A stretch of 64,000 bases of DNA from a phage, in sequence record PX915678.1, one strand, 5' to 3'. The notes beneath the pieces were generated by a model. The model was not told where the DNA came from and made no database searches. It worked only from the letters and a program-made list of their open reading frames with translations. Both the position numbers and the translations under genes were made by a program. This document shows, piece after piece, positions 47,682-58,935 of this stretch (positions within the stretch are counted from its first letter, which is position 1; each line of letters starts with the position of its first letter).

Positions 47682-48356
47682 TTAATTTATTAGACTTCTT
47701 AAACGAGCAGAAGTCATAAATGGAAATTTTTCTAAAGTTGGCTTTCGCCAATATCTTGGATGACAAGTTGATTTAAAATCAAGAACAATTTTCTTTGCTT
47801 CATCAATAGTGTTAACTCCAAAGTTATCTAACATTATTTTCTTTTCTTTTTCCCACCGTTTATTAGCTAAAGCAGATTGAAGCTTTTTGTTTTTAAATGT
47901 GTCATTTTTTCTAGAATGAGTTGTGCCTTGTGTCGGACTCCATCCTCTTCCTAAAATAAATCCCTCAGGAATTATATCTCCATCATGTAATTTTATACAT
48001 CTTTTACCATTATTATAATATTTTCGTCCAGTTTGTGTATTTGAAATATTATTTGCATGTTTTCTTTTTAACCAACCATAAACTTTATTATTTCTCCTAA
48101 CATATTTAGTTGAAACCGTCATTTTTATGGCTGCATAAGATAATTTTAAAGAATTTGGGTGTATTTTTACTAATAGCTGATGTGCAACATAATGCTCTTC
48201 TGGAGTTAAATCAACCAAGTTAGAAGCATCATTACTACCGCCTAAACATTTCGGAATAATATGATGTCTTTCTTTATATCCAGTAAGGGCTCTATTGCGA
48301 GCCCTATCAATTAGTGAATTATAAATTTTTTCATAATTCATCGTACATTGCTCCAA
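47682..48356 (-). CDS. free-standing HNH homing-type endonuclease
   Basis: 224-aa ORF; HNH core [32 protein letters not shown]; basic C-terminal region; between genes 2 and 3. Confidence 0.7.
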   Translation of the reverse strand: MEQCTMNYEKIYNSLIDRARNRALTGYKERHHIIPKCLGGSNDASNLVDLTPEEHYVAHQLLVKIHPNSLKLSYAAIKMTVSTKYVRRNNKVYGWLKRKHANNISNTQTGRKYYNNGKRCIKLHDGDIIPEGFILGRGWSPTQGTTHSRKNDTFKNKKLQSALANKRWEKEKKIMLDNFGVNTIDEAKKIVLDFKSTCHPRYWRKPTLEKFPFMTSARLRSLIN

Positions 48357-49165
48357 ACTTTGTTTGCAGAGAAACGTTTTCCTTTGGAGTAGAAGCTTTG
48401 GAGTGGCATTAACACAACGTTCGCCCAGTCTTTCGGGGCGATTTCAACAAGGCTACCCATAATATTACCAGGTATATATGCCTTAATCATTTGGTCTGCA
48501 CCCCTAAATCCTTTCACTTGACTCCAATCAATTTTTAATTTCGTTTTATTAGTAATAGTAGGTGTATTTGAATATTGCTTTAAAAGCTCTTCTAGAAATT
48601 GCTGACGAGCTTTAGGTGGAATATAGTGCAAGTTCAATCCGTACATTAAATTATGTTTACCTAAACCAAGGTAAATTATCAAAGGAAATTTATCCCAGTA
48701 AGGAAGAGTTTCCTTGTGTTTAGCATCATAAGCAAAAGCATATATTCGTCCCGGCTGCGGGCGAACAACTTTATGTCCTTTTACTTGTTTAATAGTTTCA
48801 GCAAACCACTTTTTGGTTTTATTATTAATTGCTGCACCTTCATTACGAATTTTATCACGCAATGTTTGCCTGAATGAATTTATCATAAGCAGTTGTCTTT
48901 CTTGCTTATTGAGTTTATTCATTGGTTTTGATTCAAGCTTTTGAATCTTTTCAGCTGTTTTAATTCCTGAAGAATATTTTGACATTGCTGAAGTAAACGT
49001 AGAGTATTTGATTCCTCTTTCTTCAGCAAATTGCTTTCCTGTCATTCCTTTTGCTTTGGCCTTTTTGTATTCAAGACCTATCTGAATCCATTTCTTTTCG
49101 TTTAATGATTGCTTAACCTTTGGAACTTGGGGAGTGCTTTCATTAATTATTTGAAAAATAGCCAT
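48338..49165 (-). CDS. 2: DNA end-protector protein gp2
   Basis: 275-aa ORF between gene 4 and HNH gene; size/synteny as T4 gp2. Confidence 0.8.
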   Translation of the reverse strand: MAIFQIINESTPQVPKVKQSLNEKKWIQIGLEYKKAKAKGMTGKQFAEERGIKYSTFTSAMSKYSSGIKTAEKIQKLESKPMNKLNKQERQLLMINSFRQTLRDKIRNEGAAINNKTKKWFAETIKQVKGHKVVRPQPGRIYAFAYDAKHKETLPYWDKFPLIIYLGLGKHNLMYGLNLHYIPPKARQQFLEELLKQYSNTPTITNKTKLKIDWSQVKGFRGADQMIKAYIPGNIMGSLVEIAPKDWANVVLMPLQSFYSKGKRFSANKVWSNVR

Positions 49166-49617
49166 TATGCCCCCTTAAAGCCAAGAGCTCGTAATCCATC
49201 TTCTGTTAGAATTCTAAATTTTATTCCACGCTTTTCAGCTAAAGCTTGCGCTGCTTTCCATTTGTCAGTATTAACGGAATATGTATAAATTTCATTCATA
49301 AATCTTTTCTTCGCTGCAGTTGTTAGATGTGCCGGTTTAACTGGTGGTTGTGTTTCTTTTTTAGGTTTTATTTCAATAAAAAATTCTTGTCCAGAAGAAT
49401 CTTTCATCCAAATATCCATGAAGTATCTACGTTTTTTCCCTTCTGCATTACAAAAATAAGGAATTACTGCTGTTTCACTACCCCATGCAATAATTTCTGG
49501 ATTTTTATCTAACCATTCAAAAAAGAATTTTTCCCAATTTGATCTATACGTAATTTTTTTAGGGTCACCTCTATATTTTGATATATTTTTAGGAACCCAT
49601 TTTCCAGAATATGCCAT
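49165..49617 (-). CDS. 4: head completion protein gp4
   Basis: 150-aa ORF, divergent from gene 53, T4 gp4 size. Confidence 0.8.
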   Translation of the reverse strand: MAYSGKWVPKNISKYRGDPKKITYRSNWEKFFFEWLDKNPEIIAWGSETAVIPYFCNAEGKKRRYFMDIWMKDSSGQEFFIEIKPKKETQPPVKPAHLTTAAKKRFMNEIYTYSVNTDKWKAAQALAEKRGIKFRILTEDGLRALGFKGA

Positions 49618-49628
49618 TGGATTCTCCT

Positions 49629-49636
49629 TATAAATA
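49629..49636 (+). promoter_or_regulatory. late promoter (TATAAATA) for gene 53
   Basis: Plus-strand TATAAATA about 29 nt upstream of gene 53 ATG; interleaved with divergent gene-4 promoter. Confidence 0.6.
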
Positions 49637-49643
49637 GATAATA

Positions 49644-49651
49644 TATTTATA
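49644..49651 (-). promoter_or_regulatory. late promoter (TATAAATA) for gene 4
   Basis: Minus-strand TATAAATA about 27 nt upstream of gene 4 ATG. Confidence 0.6.
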
Positions 49652-49664
49652 AACAGGAGGGCCC

Positions 49665-50255
49665 ATGCTCTTTACATTTTTTGATCCGATTGAATATGCG
49701 GCCAAAACGGTGAATAAAAACGCGCCGACTATTCCTATGACAGATATTTTTAGAAACTATAAAGACTATTTCAAACGTGCTCTTGCGGGATACCGCTTAC
49801 GTACTTATTATATTAAAGGTTCACCACGCCCGGAAGAATTAGCAAATGCTATATATGGAAATCCGCAGTTGTATTGGGTTTTATTGATGTGTAATGATAA
49901 TTATGATCCGTATTATGGATGGATTACTTCGCAAGAAGCTGCTTATCAAGCATCTATACAAAAATACAAAAACGTAGGTGGAGACCAAATAGTATATCAT
50001 GTGAATGAGAATGGTGAAAAATTTTATAATTTAGTATCATATGATGATAATCCATATGTTTGGTATGACAAAGGCGATAAAGCTAGAAAATATCCTCAAT
50101 ATGAAGGAGCACTTGCTGCGGTCGATACGTATGAAGCTGCTGTTCTTGAAAATGAAAAACTTCGTCAAATAAAAATAATAGCAAAATCAGACATCAATTC
50201 ATTTATGAACGACCTTATACGTATAATGGAGAAATCTTATGGAAATGATAAGTAA
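49665..50255 (+). CDS. 53: baseplate wedge protein gp53
   Basis: 196-aa ORF preceding gene 5. Confidence 0.85.
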   Translation: MLFTFFDPIEYAAKTVNKNAPTIPMTDIFRNYKDYFKRALAGYRLRTYYIKGSPRPEELANAIYGNPQLYWVLLMCNDNYDPYYGWITSQEAAYQASIQKYKNVGGDQIVYHVNENGEKFYNLVSYDDNPYVWYDKGDKARKYPQYEGALAAVDTYEAAVLENEKLRQIKIIAKSDINSFMNDLIRIMEKSYGNDK

Positions 50256-51966
50256 TAACCTTAATTGGTTTGTTGGTGTTGTTGAAGATAGAATGGACCC
50301 ATTAAAATTAGGTCGTGTTCGTGTTCGTGTGGTTGGTCTGCATCCACCTCAAAGAGCACAAGGCGACGTAATGGGTATTCCAACTGATAAATTACCATGG
50401 ATGTCAGTTATTCAACCTATAACTTCTGCAGCAATGTCTGGAATTGGAGGCTCCGTTACTGGTCCGGTAGAAGGAACTAGAGTTTATGGTCATTTTTTAG
50501 ACAAATGGAAAACTAACGGAATTGTCCTTGGCACGTATGGTGGAATAGTTCGCGAAAAACCGAATAGACTTGAAGGATTTTCTGACCCGACTGGACAGTA
50601 TCCTAGACGTCTAGGAAATGATACTAATGTATTAAACCAAGGCGGAGAAGTAGGATATGATTCGTCTTCTAATATTATCCAAGACAGTAATCTAGACACT
50701 GCGATAAATCCCGATGATAGACCGCTATCAGAGATTCCAACTGATGATAATCCAAATATGTCAATGGCTGAAATGCTTCGCCGTGATGAAGGATTAAGAC
50801 TAAAAGTTTATTGGGATACTGAAGGATATCCGACAATTGGCATTGGTCATCTTATCATGAAGCAGCCAGTTCGTGATATGACTCAAATTAATAAAGTTTT
50901 ATCAAAACAAGTTGGTCGTGAAATTACCGGAAATCCAGGTTCTATTACAATGGAAGAAGCGGTAACTTTATTTGAACGTGATTTGGCTGATATGCAACGT
51001 GACATTAAATCACATTCTAAAGTTGGCCCAGTTTGGCAAGCAGTTAATCGTTCTCGTCAAATGGCATTAGAAAATATGGCATTTCAGATGGGTGTTGGCG
51101 GTGTAGCTAAATTTAACACAATGTTAACTGCTATGTTAGCCGGAGATTGGGAAAAAGCATATAAAGCTGGTCGTGATTCATTGTGGTATCAACAAACAAA
51201 AGGCCGTGCATCCCGTGTTACCATGATTATTCTTACGGGTAATTTGGAATCATACGGTATTGAAGTGAAAACACCGGCTAGGTCTTTGTCAGCAATGGCT
51301 GCTACTGTAGCAAAGTCTTCTGATCCAGCTGACCCTCCTATTCCAAATGATTCGAGAATTTTATTTAAAGAACCTGTTTCTTCATATAAAGGCGAATATC
51401 CGTATGTTCACACAATGGAAACTGAAAGCGGTCATATTCAGGAATTTGATGATACCCCGGGGCAAGAACGATACAGATTAGTTCATCCGACTGGAACATA
51501 CGAGGAAGTATCACCGTCAGGAAGAAGAACAAGAAAAACTGTTGATAATTTGTATGATATAACAAATGCTGATGGTAATTTTTTGGTAGCCGGCGATAAA
51601 AAGACTAACGTCGGTGGATCAGAAATTTATTACAACATGGATAATCGTCTCCACCAAATAGATGGAAGCAATACAATATTTGTGCGTGGCGATGAAACTA
51701 AGACGGTTGAAGGTAATGGAACTATCCTAGTCAAAGGTAATGTTACTATTGTAGTTGAAGGTAATGCTGACATTACAGTTAAAGGAGATGCTACCACTTT
51801 AGTTGAAGGAAATCAGACTAATACAGTAAATGGAAATCTTTCTTGGAAAGTTGCTGGGACAGTTGATTGGGACGTTGGCGGTGATTGGACAGAAAAAATG
51901 GCATCTATGAGTTCTATTTCATCTGGTCAATACACAATTGATGGATCGAGGATTGACATTGGCTAA
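50239..51966 (+). CDS. 5: baseplate hub + tail lysozyme gp5
   Basis: 575-aa ORF; lysozyme domain MAEMLRRDEGLRLKVYWDTEGYPTIGIGHL (paralogous to e); C-terminal VxGxxxxx beta-helix repeats. Confidence 0.93.
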   Translation: MEMISNNLNWFVGVVEDRMDPLKLGRVRVRVVGLHPPQRAQGDVMGIPTDKLPWMSVIQPITSAAMSGIGGSVTGPVEGTRVYGHFLDKWKTNGIVLGTYGGIVREKPNRLEGFSDPTGQYPRRLGNDTNVLNQGGEVGYDSSSNIIQDSNLDTAINPDDRPLSEIPTDDNPNMSMAEMLRRDEGLRLKVYWDTEGYPTIGIGHLIMKQPVRDMTQINKVLSKQVGREITGNPGSITMEEAVTLFERDLADMQRDIKSHSKVGPVWQAVNRSRQMALENMAFQMGVGGVAKFNTMLTAMLAGDWEKAYKAGRDSLWYQQTKGRASRVTMIILTGNLESYGIEVKTPARSLSAMAATVAKSSDPADPPIPNDSRILFKEPVSSYKGEYPYVHTMETESGHIQEFDDTPGQERYRLVHPTGTYEEVSPSGRRTRKTVDNLYDITNADGNFLVAGDKKTNVGGSEIYYNMDNRLHQIDGSNTIFVRGDETKTVEGNGTILVKGNVTIVVEGNADITVKGDATTLVEGNQTNTVNGNLSWKVAGTVDWDVGGDWTEKMASMSSISSGQYTIDGSRIDIG

Positions 51967-52495
51967 TATACTTCCAATGAGCGCTGATTTAGGAGAATCC
52001 ATGGAAGGTTCTTCTATCGACGTCACCTTTACCGCTCAATTAGAAACAGGTGAAACGTTAGTATCTATAAATATAACTAGTTACGAAGAAACTCCTGGGG
52101 TTTTAGTAGAAGAAAATCGTTTATATGGAACGTATGAATCTGTGTTTGGATTTGGAAATGATGCGTTGAAATATCGTTTAGATAATGAATTTAAAACTGC
52201 TGCTTCATGGGAAGACCTTCCAACTGATTCTAATACTCAGTTATATTTATGGAAAGCTCCTCAGAACCTCCAGAAGACATTCACTTACGAAGTAACATTA
52301 ATATATGACTACCAAGAACAAAGTGAATCTGGAGGTTCTGGCAGTAATTCTAGGTCATCTTCTGATACCACTGAACCAACTAATCCTCCAGCTCCAATAA
52401 GAAAAACTCTTGTTAAAAATTATACAAAAACTATAGTTGGAAATTGGAGTCGTTGGGCTAATAAATTGAGAAGCTACGTGTATGAGAGGCCATAA
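51938..52495 (+). CDS. hypothetical baseplate-region protein (5.1 position)
   Basis: 185-aa ORF overlapping gene 5 end; start uncertain. Confidence 0.5.
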
Positions 52496-52789
52496 ATGTC
52501 AGGATTAAGTTATGATAAGTGTGTTACTGCCGGCCATGAAGCATGGCCTCCAACAGTTGTGAATGCTACACAAAGTAAAGTATTCACTGGAGGAATTGCT
52601 GTTCTCGTAGCAGGCGATCCAATTACAGAACACACAGAAATTAAAAAGCCATATGAAACACATGGCGGAGTGACACAACCTAGAACTTCTAAGGTATATG
52701 TCACTGGAAAGAAAGCTGTTCAAATGGCTGATCCAATATCATGCGGTGATACAGTGGCTCAGGCATCATCTAAAGTATTCATTAAATAG
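52496..52789 (+). CDS. 5.4: PAAR-repeat spike-tip protein gp5.4
   Basis: 97-aa [22 protein letters not shown]... immediately before gene 6. Confidence 0.8.
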
Positions 52790-52797
52790 GATTTAAA

Positions 52798-54780
52798 ATG
52801 GCAAATACCCCTGTAAATTATCAATTAACAAGAACAGCAAATGCTATTCCCGAGATATTCGTCGGGGGTACATTTGCTGAAATAAAACAAAACCTCATTG
52901 AATGGCTTAATGGCCAAAATGAATTTTTGGATTATGATTTTGAAGGCTCAAGATTAAACGTTCTGTGCGACCTTTTGGCTTATAATACATTATACATTCA
53001 GCAGTTTGGTAATGCTGCCTTGTACGAAAGCTTTATGCGTACTGCTAATTTGCGTAGTTCAGTAGTTCAAGCTGCACAAGATAATGGATATTTACCTACT
53101 TCAAAATCAGCTGCTCAAACTGAAATTATGCTAACTTGCACAGACGCATTGAATAGAAATTACATTACTATTCCTCGTGGTACTCGCTTTTTAGCATATG
53201 CAAAGGATACTTCCGTTAATCCTTACAACTTTGTATCTACCGAAGATGTTATTGCTATTCGTGATAAAAATAACCAATATTTTCCGCGTTTAAAATTAGC
53301 CCAGGGGCGTATAGTAAGAACTGAAATCATCTATGATAAATTAACACCTATTATCATTTATGACAAAAATATAGATAGAAATCAAGTTAAACTATACGTT
53401 GATGGAGCAGAATGGATTAACTGGACAAGAAAGTCAATGGTTCATGCTGGTTCTACATCGACAATTTACTACATGCGTGAAACTATTGATGGAAATACTG
53501 AGTTTTATTTTGGTGAAGGTGAGATTTCTGTTAATGCGGCAGAAGGAGCATTGACTGCTAATTATATTGGAGGTCTTAAACCTACTCAGAACTCTACGAT
53601 TGTTATTGAGTACATCAGTACTAACGGTGCGGATGCGAATGGCGCAGTCGGATTTTCATATGCAGATACATTAACAAATATAACTGTCATCAATATTAAT
53701 GAAAATCCAAACGATGACCCAGATTTTGTTGGGGCAGATGGCGGCGGTGATCCAGAAGATATTGAACGTATTCGTGAATTGGGTACTATTAAACGCGAGA
53801 CCCAGCAACGCTGCGTAACTGCGACGGATTATGATACATTCGTTTCAGAGAGATTTGGTTCTATTATTCAAGCAGTTCAGACTTTCACTGATTCTACTAA
53901 ACCTGGTTATGCATTTATTGCTGCTAAACCTAAATCAGGTCTGTATTTAACTACCGTACAGCGCGAAGATATTAAAAATTATCTCAAAGACTATAATTTA
54001 GCTCCTATTACACCATCAATTATTTCTCCTAATTATCTTTTTATTAAGACTAATTTAAAGGTCACATATGCTTTAAATAAGCTACAAGAATCTGAGCAGT
54101 GGCTCGAAGGTCAAATAATTGATAAAATTGATCGTTATTATACCGAAGATGTAGAAATTTTTAACTCATCTTTCGCTAAATCTAAGATGTTGACATATGT
54201 AGATGATGCAGATCATTCTATCATTGGCTCATCAGCGACAATTCAAATTGTTCGTGAAGTACAAAACTTCTATAAAACGCCTGAAGCAGGTATTAAATAC
54301 AATAATCAAATAAAAGATCGTTCTATGGAATCTAATACGTTTTCATTTAATTCTGGACGAAAGGTTGTAAATCATGATACTGGTTTAGAAGAAGATGTAT
54401 TATATGACGTTCGCATAGTATCAACAGACCGAGATTCTAAAGGAATTGGTAAAGTTATTATTGGTCCATTTGCTTCTGGCGATGTTACAGAAAATGAAAA
54501 CATTCAGCCATATTCAGGCAACGATTTTAACAAATTAGCAAATTCTGATGGACGCGACAAATACTATGTTATCGGTGAAATAAATTATCCAGCTGATGTG
54601 ATTTATTGGAATATCGCTAAAATTAATTTAACATCTGAAAAATTTGAAGTTCAGACTATTGAATTATATTCTGACCCAACCGATGATGTTATTTTTACTC
54701 GCGACGGTTCACTGATTGTATTTGAAAATGACTTACGTCCACAATACTTAACTATCGATTTGGAGCCTATATCACAATGA
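52798..54780 (+). CDS. 6: baseplate wedge protein gp6
   Basis: 660-aa ORF (T4 gp6 size) in 5-6-7-8 order. Confidence 0.88.
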   Translation: MANTPVNYQLTRTANAIPEIFVGGTFAEIKQNLIEWLNGQNEFLDYDFEGSRLNVLCDLLAYNTLYIQQFGNAALYESFMRTANLRSSVVQAAQDNGYLPTSKSAAQTEIMLTCTDALNRNYITIPRGTRFLAYAKDTSVNPYNFVSTEDVIAIRDKNNQYFPRLKLAQGRIVRTEIIYDKLTPIIIYDKNIDRNQVKLYVDGAEWINWTRKSMVHAGSTSTIYYMRETIDGNTEFYFGEGEISVNAAEGALTANYIGGLKPTQNSTIVIEYISTNGADANGAVGFSYADTLTNITVININENPNDDPDFVGADGGGDPEDIERIRELGTIKRETQQRCVTATDYDTFVSERFGSIIQAVQTFTDSTKPGYAFIAAKPKSGLYLTTVQREDIKNYLKDYNLAPITPSIISPNYLFIKTNLKVTYALNKLQESEQWLEGQIIDKIDRYYTEDVEIFNSSFAKSKMLTYVDDADHSIIGSSATIQIVREVQNFYKTPEAGIKYNNQIKDRSMESNTFSFNSGRKVVNHDTGLEEDVLYDVRIVSTDRDSKGIGKVIIGPFASGDVTENENIQPYSGNDFNKLANSDGRDKYYVIGEINYPADVIYWNIAKINLTSEKFEVQTIELYSDPTDDVIFTRDGSLIVFENDLRPQYLTIDLEPISQ

Positions 54781-57700
54781 CAGTAAAAGCACCTTCAGTC
54801 ACTAGTCTCAGAATTTCCAAGTTATCCGCAAATCAGGTGCAAGTACGCTGGGATGACGTTGGTGCTAATTTCTACTATTTTGTAGAAATCGCTGAGACAA
54901 AAACAAACTCGGGGGAAAATCTCCCGAGTGATCAATACCGTTGGATTAACTTAGGATATACTGCAAATAACAGCTTCTTTTTTGATGATGCTGACCCATT
55001 GACATCATATGTTATTAGAGTAGCTACAGCTGCACAAGATTTTGAGCAGTCTGATTGGATTTATACCGAAGAGTTTGAAACTTTTGCTACAAATGCTTAT
55101 ACATTTCAAAACATGATTGAAATGCAATTAGCCAATAAATTCATTCAGGAAAAATTTACTCTTAATAATTCTAACTATGTTAATTTTAATAATGACACTA
55201 TAATGGCTGCATTGATGAATGAATCGTTCCAATTCAGCCCATCATACGTTGACGTTTCATCAATAAGTAATTTTATTATTGGTGAAAATGAATATCATGA
55301 AATACAAGGTTCTATTCAGCAAGTATGTAAGGATATTAACCGAGTTTATTTGATGGAATCAGAAGGGATTCTATATCTTTTTGAGCGCTATCAGCCTGTA
55401 GTTAAAGTATCCAATGATAAAGGACAAACATGGAAAGCTGTAAAGCTCTTCAATGACCGCGTAGGATATCCTTTATCTAAGACGGTATATTACCAATCTG
55501 CGAACACAACATACGTTCTAGGATACGACAAGATTTTCTATGGCCGCAAATCTACTGATGTCAGATGGTCAGCTGACGATGTCAGATTTAGTTCGCAGGA
55601 TATAACATTCGCTAAACTTGGCGATCAATTACATTTAGGATTTGATGTAGAAATTTTTGCCACTTACGCGACTTTACCAGCGAATGTATATCGCATTGCA
55701 GAAGCTATTACTTGCACCGATGATTACATTTACGTTGTCGCCAGAGACAAAGTTAGATACATAAAAACGAGTAATGCGCCTATAGATTCTGATCCATTAT
55801 CTCCAACATATTCGGAAAGGCTTTTTGAACCTGATACTATGACTATAACTGGAAATCCTAAAGCAGTATGCTATAAAATGGATTCTATCGGTGATAAAGT
55901 TTTTGCTCTTATTATTGGTGAAGTTGAAACATTAAATGCTAATCCTAGAACATCAAAAATAATTGATTCTGCTGATAAAGGAATATATGTTTTAAATCAT
56001 GACACAAAAACGTGGAAAAGAGTTTTTGGCAATACTGAAGAAGAAAGAAGACGTATTCAACCAGGGTATGCGAATATGTCAACTGACGGTAAATTAGTTT
56101 CGCTATCTTCGAGTAATTTTAAATTTTTAAGTGATAATATTGTTAATGACCCTGAAACTGCATCAAAATACCAGTTAATCGGTGCCGTTAAATATGAATT
56201 TCCTCGTGAATGGTTAGCTGATAAGCATTATCATATGATGGCATTTATAGCAGATGAAAAATCTGATTGGGAAACTTTTACGCCTCAGCCAATGAAATAC
56301 TATGCAGAACCATTCTTTAATTGGTCTAAAAAATCTAACACACGATGTTGGATAAACAACTCTGATAGAGCTGTAGTAGTTTATGCTGATTTAAAATACA
56401 CTAAAGTTATTGAAAATTTTCCAGAAACATCTCCAGATAGATTAGTTCATGAATACTGGGATGACGGCGATTGCACTATAGTAATGCCAAATGTTAAATT
56501 CACTGGATTTAAAAAATATGCATCTGGGATGCTTTTTTATAAGTCTTCTGGTGAAATAATTTCTTACTACGATTTTAACTATCGTGTTAGAGACACTGTC
56601 GAAATTATTTGGAAGCCAACTGGAGTATTTTTAAAAGCATTTTTACAAAACCAAGAACATGAAACTCCTTGGTCGCCTGAAGAAGAGCGTGGATTAGCTG
56701 ACCCTGATTTAAGACCATTGATTGGCACAATGATGCCTGATTCTTATTTGTTACAGGATTCGAATTTTGAAGCATTTTGCGAAGCATATATTCAATATCT
56801 TTCTGATGGATATGGAACTCAGTATAATAATTTACGAAATTTAATTCGTAACAAATATCCACGAGAAGAGCATGCATGGGAATATTTGTGGTCAGAGATA
56901 TATAAAAGAAACATTTATTTAAATGCTGACAAACGTGATGCTGTTGCAAGATTTTTCGAATCACGTAGCTATGATTTTTATTCTACTAAAGGAATTGAAG
57001 CATCATACAAATTTCTTTTTAAAGTTCTTTATAATGAAGAGGTTGAAATTGAAATTGAATCTGGGGCTGGTACTGAATATGATATAATCGTTCAATCTGA
57101 TTCTTTGACTGAAGACTTAGTAGGACAAACGATTTATACAGCTACAGGAAGATGTAATGTTACTTATATAGAAAGAAGCTATTCTAATGGTAAATTGCAA
57201 TGGACCGTAACTATTCATAATCTTTTGGGAAGATTAATTGCTGGTCAAGAAGTTAAAGCAGAAAGACTTCCTAGTTTTGAAGGCGAAATTATTCGTGGAG
57301 TTAAAGGAAAGGATTTGCTTCAAAATAATATAGACTATATTAATAGAAGTCGATCATATTATGTAATGAAAATTAAATCCAATTTGCCTTCTTCCCGCTG
57401 GAAATCTGACGTTATTCGTTTTGTTCATCCAGTAGGATTTGGATTTATAGCAATTACCCTTTTAACGATGTTTATTAATGTTGGTTTAACTCTTAAACAT
57501 ACAGAGACTATAATTAATAAATACAAAAACTACAAATGGGATTCTGGATTGCCTACCGAATATGCTGATAGAGTAGCTAAATTGACTCCGACTGGTGAAA
57601 TTGAGCATGATTCGGTAACAGGCGAAGCAATTTATGAACCTGGCCCAATGGCTGGCGTAGAATATCCTCTTCCTGATGACTATAATGCTGAAAATAACAA

Positions 57701-57875
57701 TTCAATATTTCAAGGTCAATTGCCGTCTGAACGACGCAAATTAATGAGTCCTTTATTTGATGCATCTGGAACAACATTTGCACAATTTAGAGATTTAGTT
57801 AATAAACGTCTAAAAGATAATATAGGAAATCCAAGAGACCCTGAAAATCCAACACAGGTTAAAATAGATGAATGA
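54777..57875 (+). CDS. 7: baseplate wedge initiator gp7
   Basis: 1032-aa ORF (T4 gp7 size). Confidence 0.88.
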   Translation: MTVKAPSVTSLRISKLSANQVQVRWDDVGANFYYFVEIAETKTNSGENLPSDQYRWINLGYTANNSFFFDDADPLTSYVIRVATAAQDFEQSDWIYTEEFETFATNAYTFQNMIEMQLANKFIQEKFTLNNSNYVNFNNDTIMAALMNESFQFSPSYVDVSSISNFIIGENEYHEIQGSIQQVCKDINRVYLMESEGILYLFERYQPVVKVSNDKGQTWKAVKLFNDRVGYPLSKTVYYQSANTTYVLGYDKIFYGRKSTDVRWSADDVRFSSQDITFAKLGDQLHLGFDVEIFATYATLPANVYRIAEAITCTDDYIYVVARDKVRYIKTSNAPIDSDPLSPTYSERLFEPDTMTITGNPKAVCYKMDSIGDKVFALIIGEVETLNANPRTSKIIDSADKGIYVLNHDTKTWKRVFGNTEEERRRIQPGYANMSTDGKLVSLSSSNFKFLSDNIVNDPETASKYQLIGAVKYEFPREWLADKHYHMMAFIADEKSDWETFTPQPMKYYAEPFFNWSKKSNTRCWINNSDRAVVVYADLKYTKVIENFPETSPDRLVHEYWDDGDCTIVMPNVKFTGFKKYASGMLFYKSSGEIISYYDFNYRVRDTVEIIWKPTGVFLKAFLQNQEHETPWSPEEERGLADPDLRPLIGTMMPDSYLLQDSNFEAFCEAYIQYLSDGYGTQYNNLRNLIRNKYPREEHAWEYLWSEIYKRNIYLNADKRDAVARFFESRSYDFYSTKGIEASYKFLFKVLYNEEVEIEIESGAGTEYDIIVQSDSLTEDLVGQTIYTATGRCNVTYIERSYSNGKLQWTVTIHNLLGRLIAGQEVKAERLPSFEGEIIRGVKGKDLLQNNIDYINRSRSYYVMKIKSNLPSSRWKSDVIRFVHPVGFGFIAITLLTMFINVGLTLKHTETIINKYKNYKWDSGLPTEYADRVAKLTPTGEIEHDSVTGEAIYEPGPMAGVEYPLPDDYNAENNNSIFQGQLPSERRKLMSPLFDASGTTFAQFRDLVNKRLKDNIGNPRDPENPTQVKIDE

Positions 57876-58872
57876 TTCAAGTGTTATCTATCGTGCGATA
57901 GTTACTTCAAAATTTAGAACAGAAAAAATGTTGAATTTTTATAATTCAATTGGAAGTGGTTCGGATAAAAACACTATCTTTATCACATTTGGAAGATCAG
58001 AACCGTGGTCATCAAATGAAAATGAGGTGGGCTTTGCTCCACCTTATCCAACTGATTCTGTATTGGGTGTAACTGACATGTGGACTCATATGATGGGAAC
58101 TGTAAAGGTTCTTCCATCTATGCTTGATGCAGTTATTCCTCGTAGAGATTGGGGAGATACTAGATATCCGGATCCATACACATTTAGAATTAACGATATT
58201 GTAGTGTGTAACTCAGCTCCTTACAATGCTACTGAATCAGGCGCAGGCTGGTTAGTATATCGTTGTTTAGATGTTCCTGATACCGGAACGTGTTCAATAG
58301 CATCTTTAACTAATAAGGATGAATGCCTTAAGTTAGGTGGAAAATGGACTCCTTCTGTTAGGTCAATGACTCCTCCTGAAGGTCGAGGAGACGCTGAAGG
58401 AACAATCGAACCCGGCGACGGTTATGTTTGGGAATATCTTTTTGAGATTCCGCCTGATGTATCTATAAATAGATGCACGAATGAATATATCGTAGTTCCT
58501 TGGCCTGAGGAATTAAAAGAAGACCCGGCTAGATGGGGGTATGAAGATAATCTCACTTGGCAACAAGATGATTTTGGATTAATTTACCGTGTTAAGGCAA
58601 ATACTATCCGTTTTAAAGCATATTTAGATTCAGTTTACTTTCCTGATGCTGCATTACCGGGAAATAAAGGATTTAGACAAATATCAATAATCACCAATCC
58701 TCTTGAAGCTAAAGTTCATCCAAATGACCCAAACGTTAAAGCTGAAAAGGATTATTATGATCCGGAAGATTTAATGAGGCATTCGGGCGAAATGATTTAT
58801 ATGGAAAATAGGCCACCTATTATCATGGCAATGGATCAAACAGAAGAAATCAATATTCTGTTTACATTTTAA
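57868..58872 (+). CDS. 8: baseplate wedge protein gp8
   Basis: 334-aa ORF (T4 gp8 size). Confidence 0.88.
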   Translation: MNDSSVIYRAIVTSKFRTEKMLNFYNSIGSGSDKNTIFITFGRSEPWSSNENEVGFAPPYPTDSVLGVTDMWTHMMGTVKVLPSMLDAVIPRRDWGDTRYPDPYTFRINDIVVCNSAPYNATESGAGWLVYRCLDVPDTGTCSIASLTNKDECLKLGGKWTPSVRSMTPPEGRGDAEGTIEPGDGYVWEYLFEIPPDVSINRCTNEYIVVPWPEELKEDPARWGYEDNLTWQQDDFGLIYRVKANTIRFKAYLDSVYFPDAALPGNKGFRQISIITNPLEAKVHPNDPNVKAEKDYYDPEDLMRHSGEMIYMENRPPIIMAMDQTEEINILFTF

Positions 58873-58875
58873 ATT

Positions 58876-58905
58876 AAGGGAGCCCATGGGCTCCCTTTTT
58901 CTTTA
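58876..58905 (+). terminator. rho-independent terminator after gene 8
   Basis: Palindrome GGGAGCCCATGGGCTCCC followed by TTTTTCTTT. Confidence 0.7.
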
Positions 58906-58907
58906 TA
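58900..58907 (+). promoter_or_regulatory. late promoter (TATAAATA) for gene 9
   Basis: TATAAATA about 29 nt upstream of gene 9 ATG. Confidence 0.6.
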
Positions 58908-58935
58908 AATACTATAAACTCATAAGGAAACCGCT

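Noticed and set aside
51600-51900. Repetitive VxGNxxxx octapeptide periodicity in the gene 5 3' region considered as a tandem DNA repeat
   Set aside because: It is the known beta-helix repeat of the gp5 needle, i.e. protein-level periodicity, not a DNA satellite.
50490-52723. Minus-strand ORFs inside genes 5, 5.1 and 5.4 (50490-50699, 51365-51565, 52505-52723, 52510-52704)
   Set aside because: Antisense to confidently assigned late structural genes; no late promoter (TATAAATA) on the minus strand nearby.
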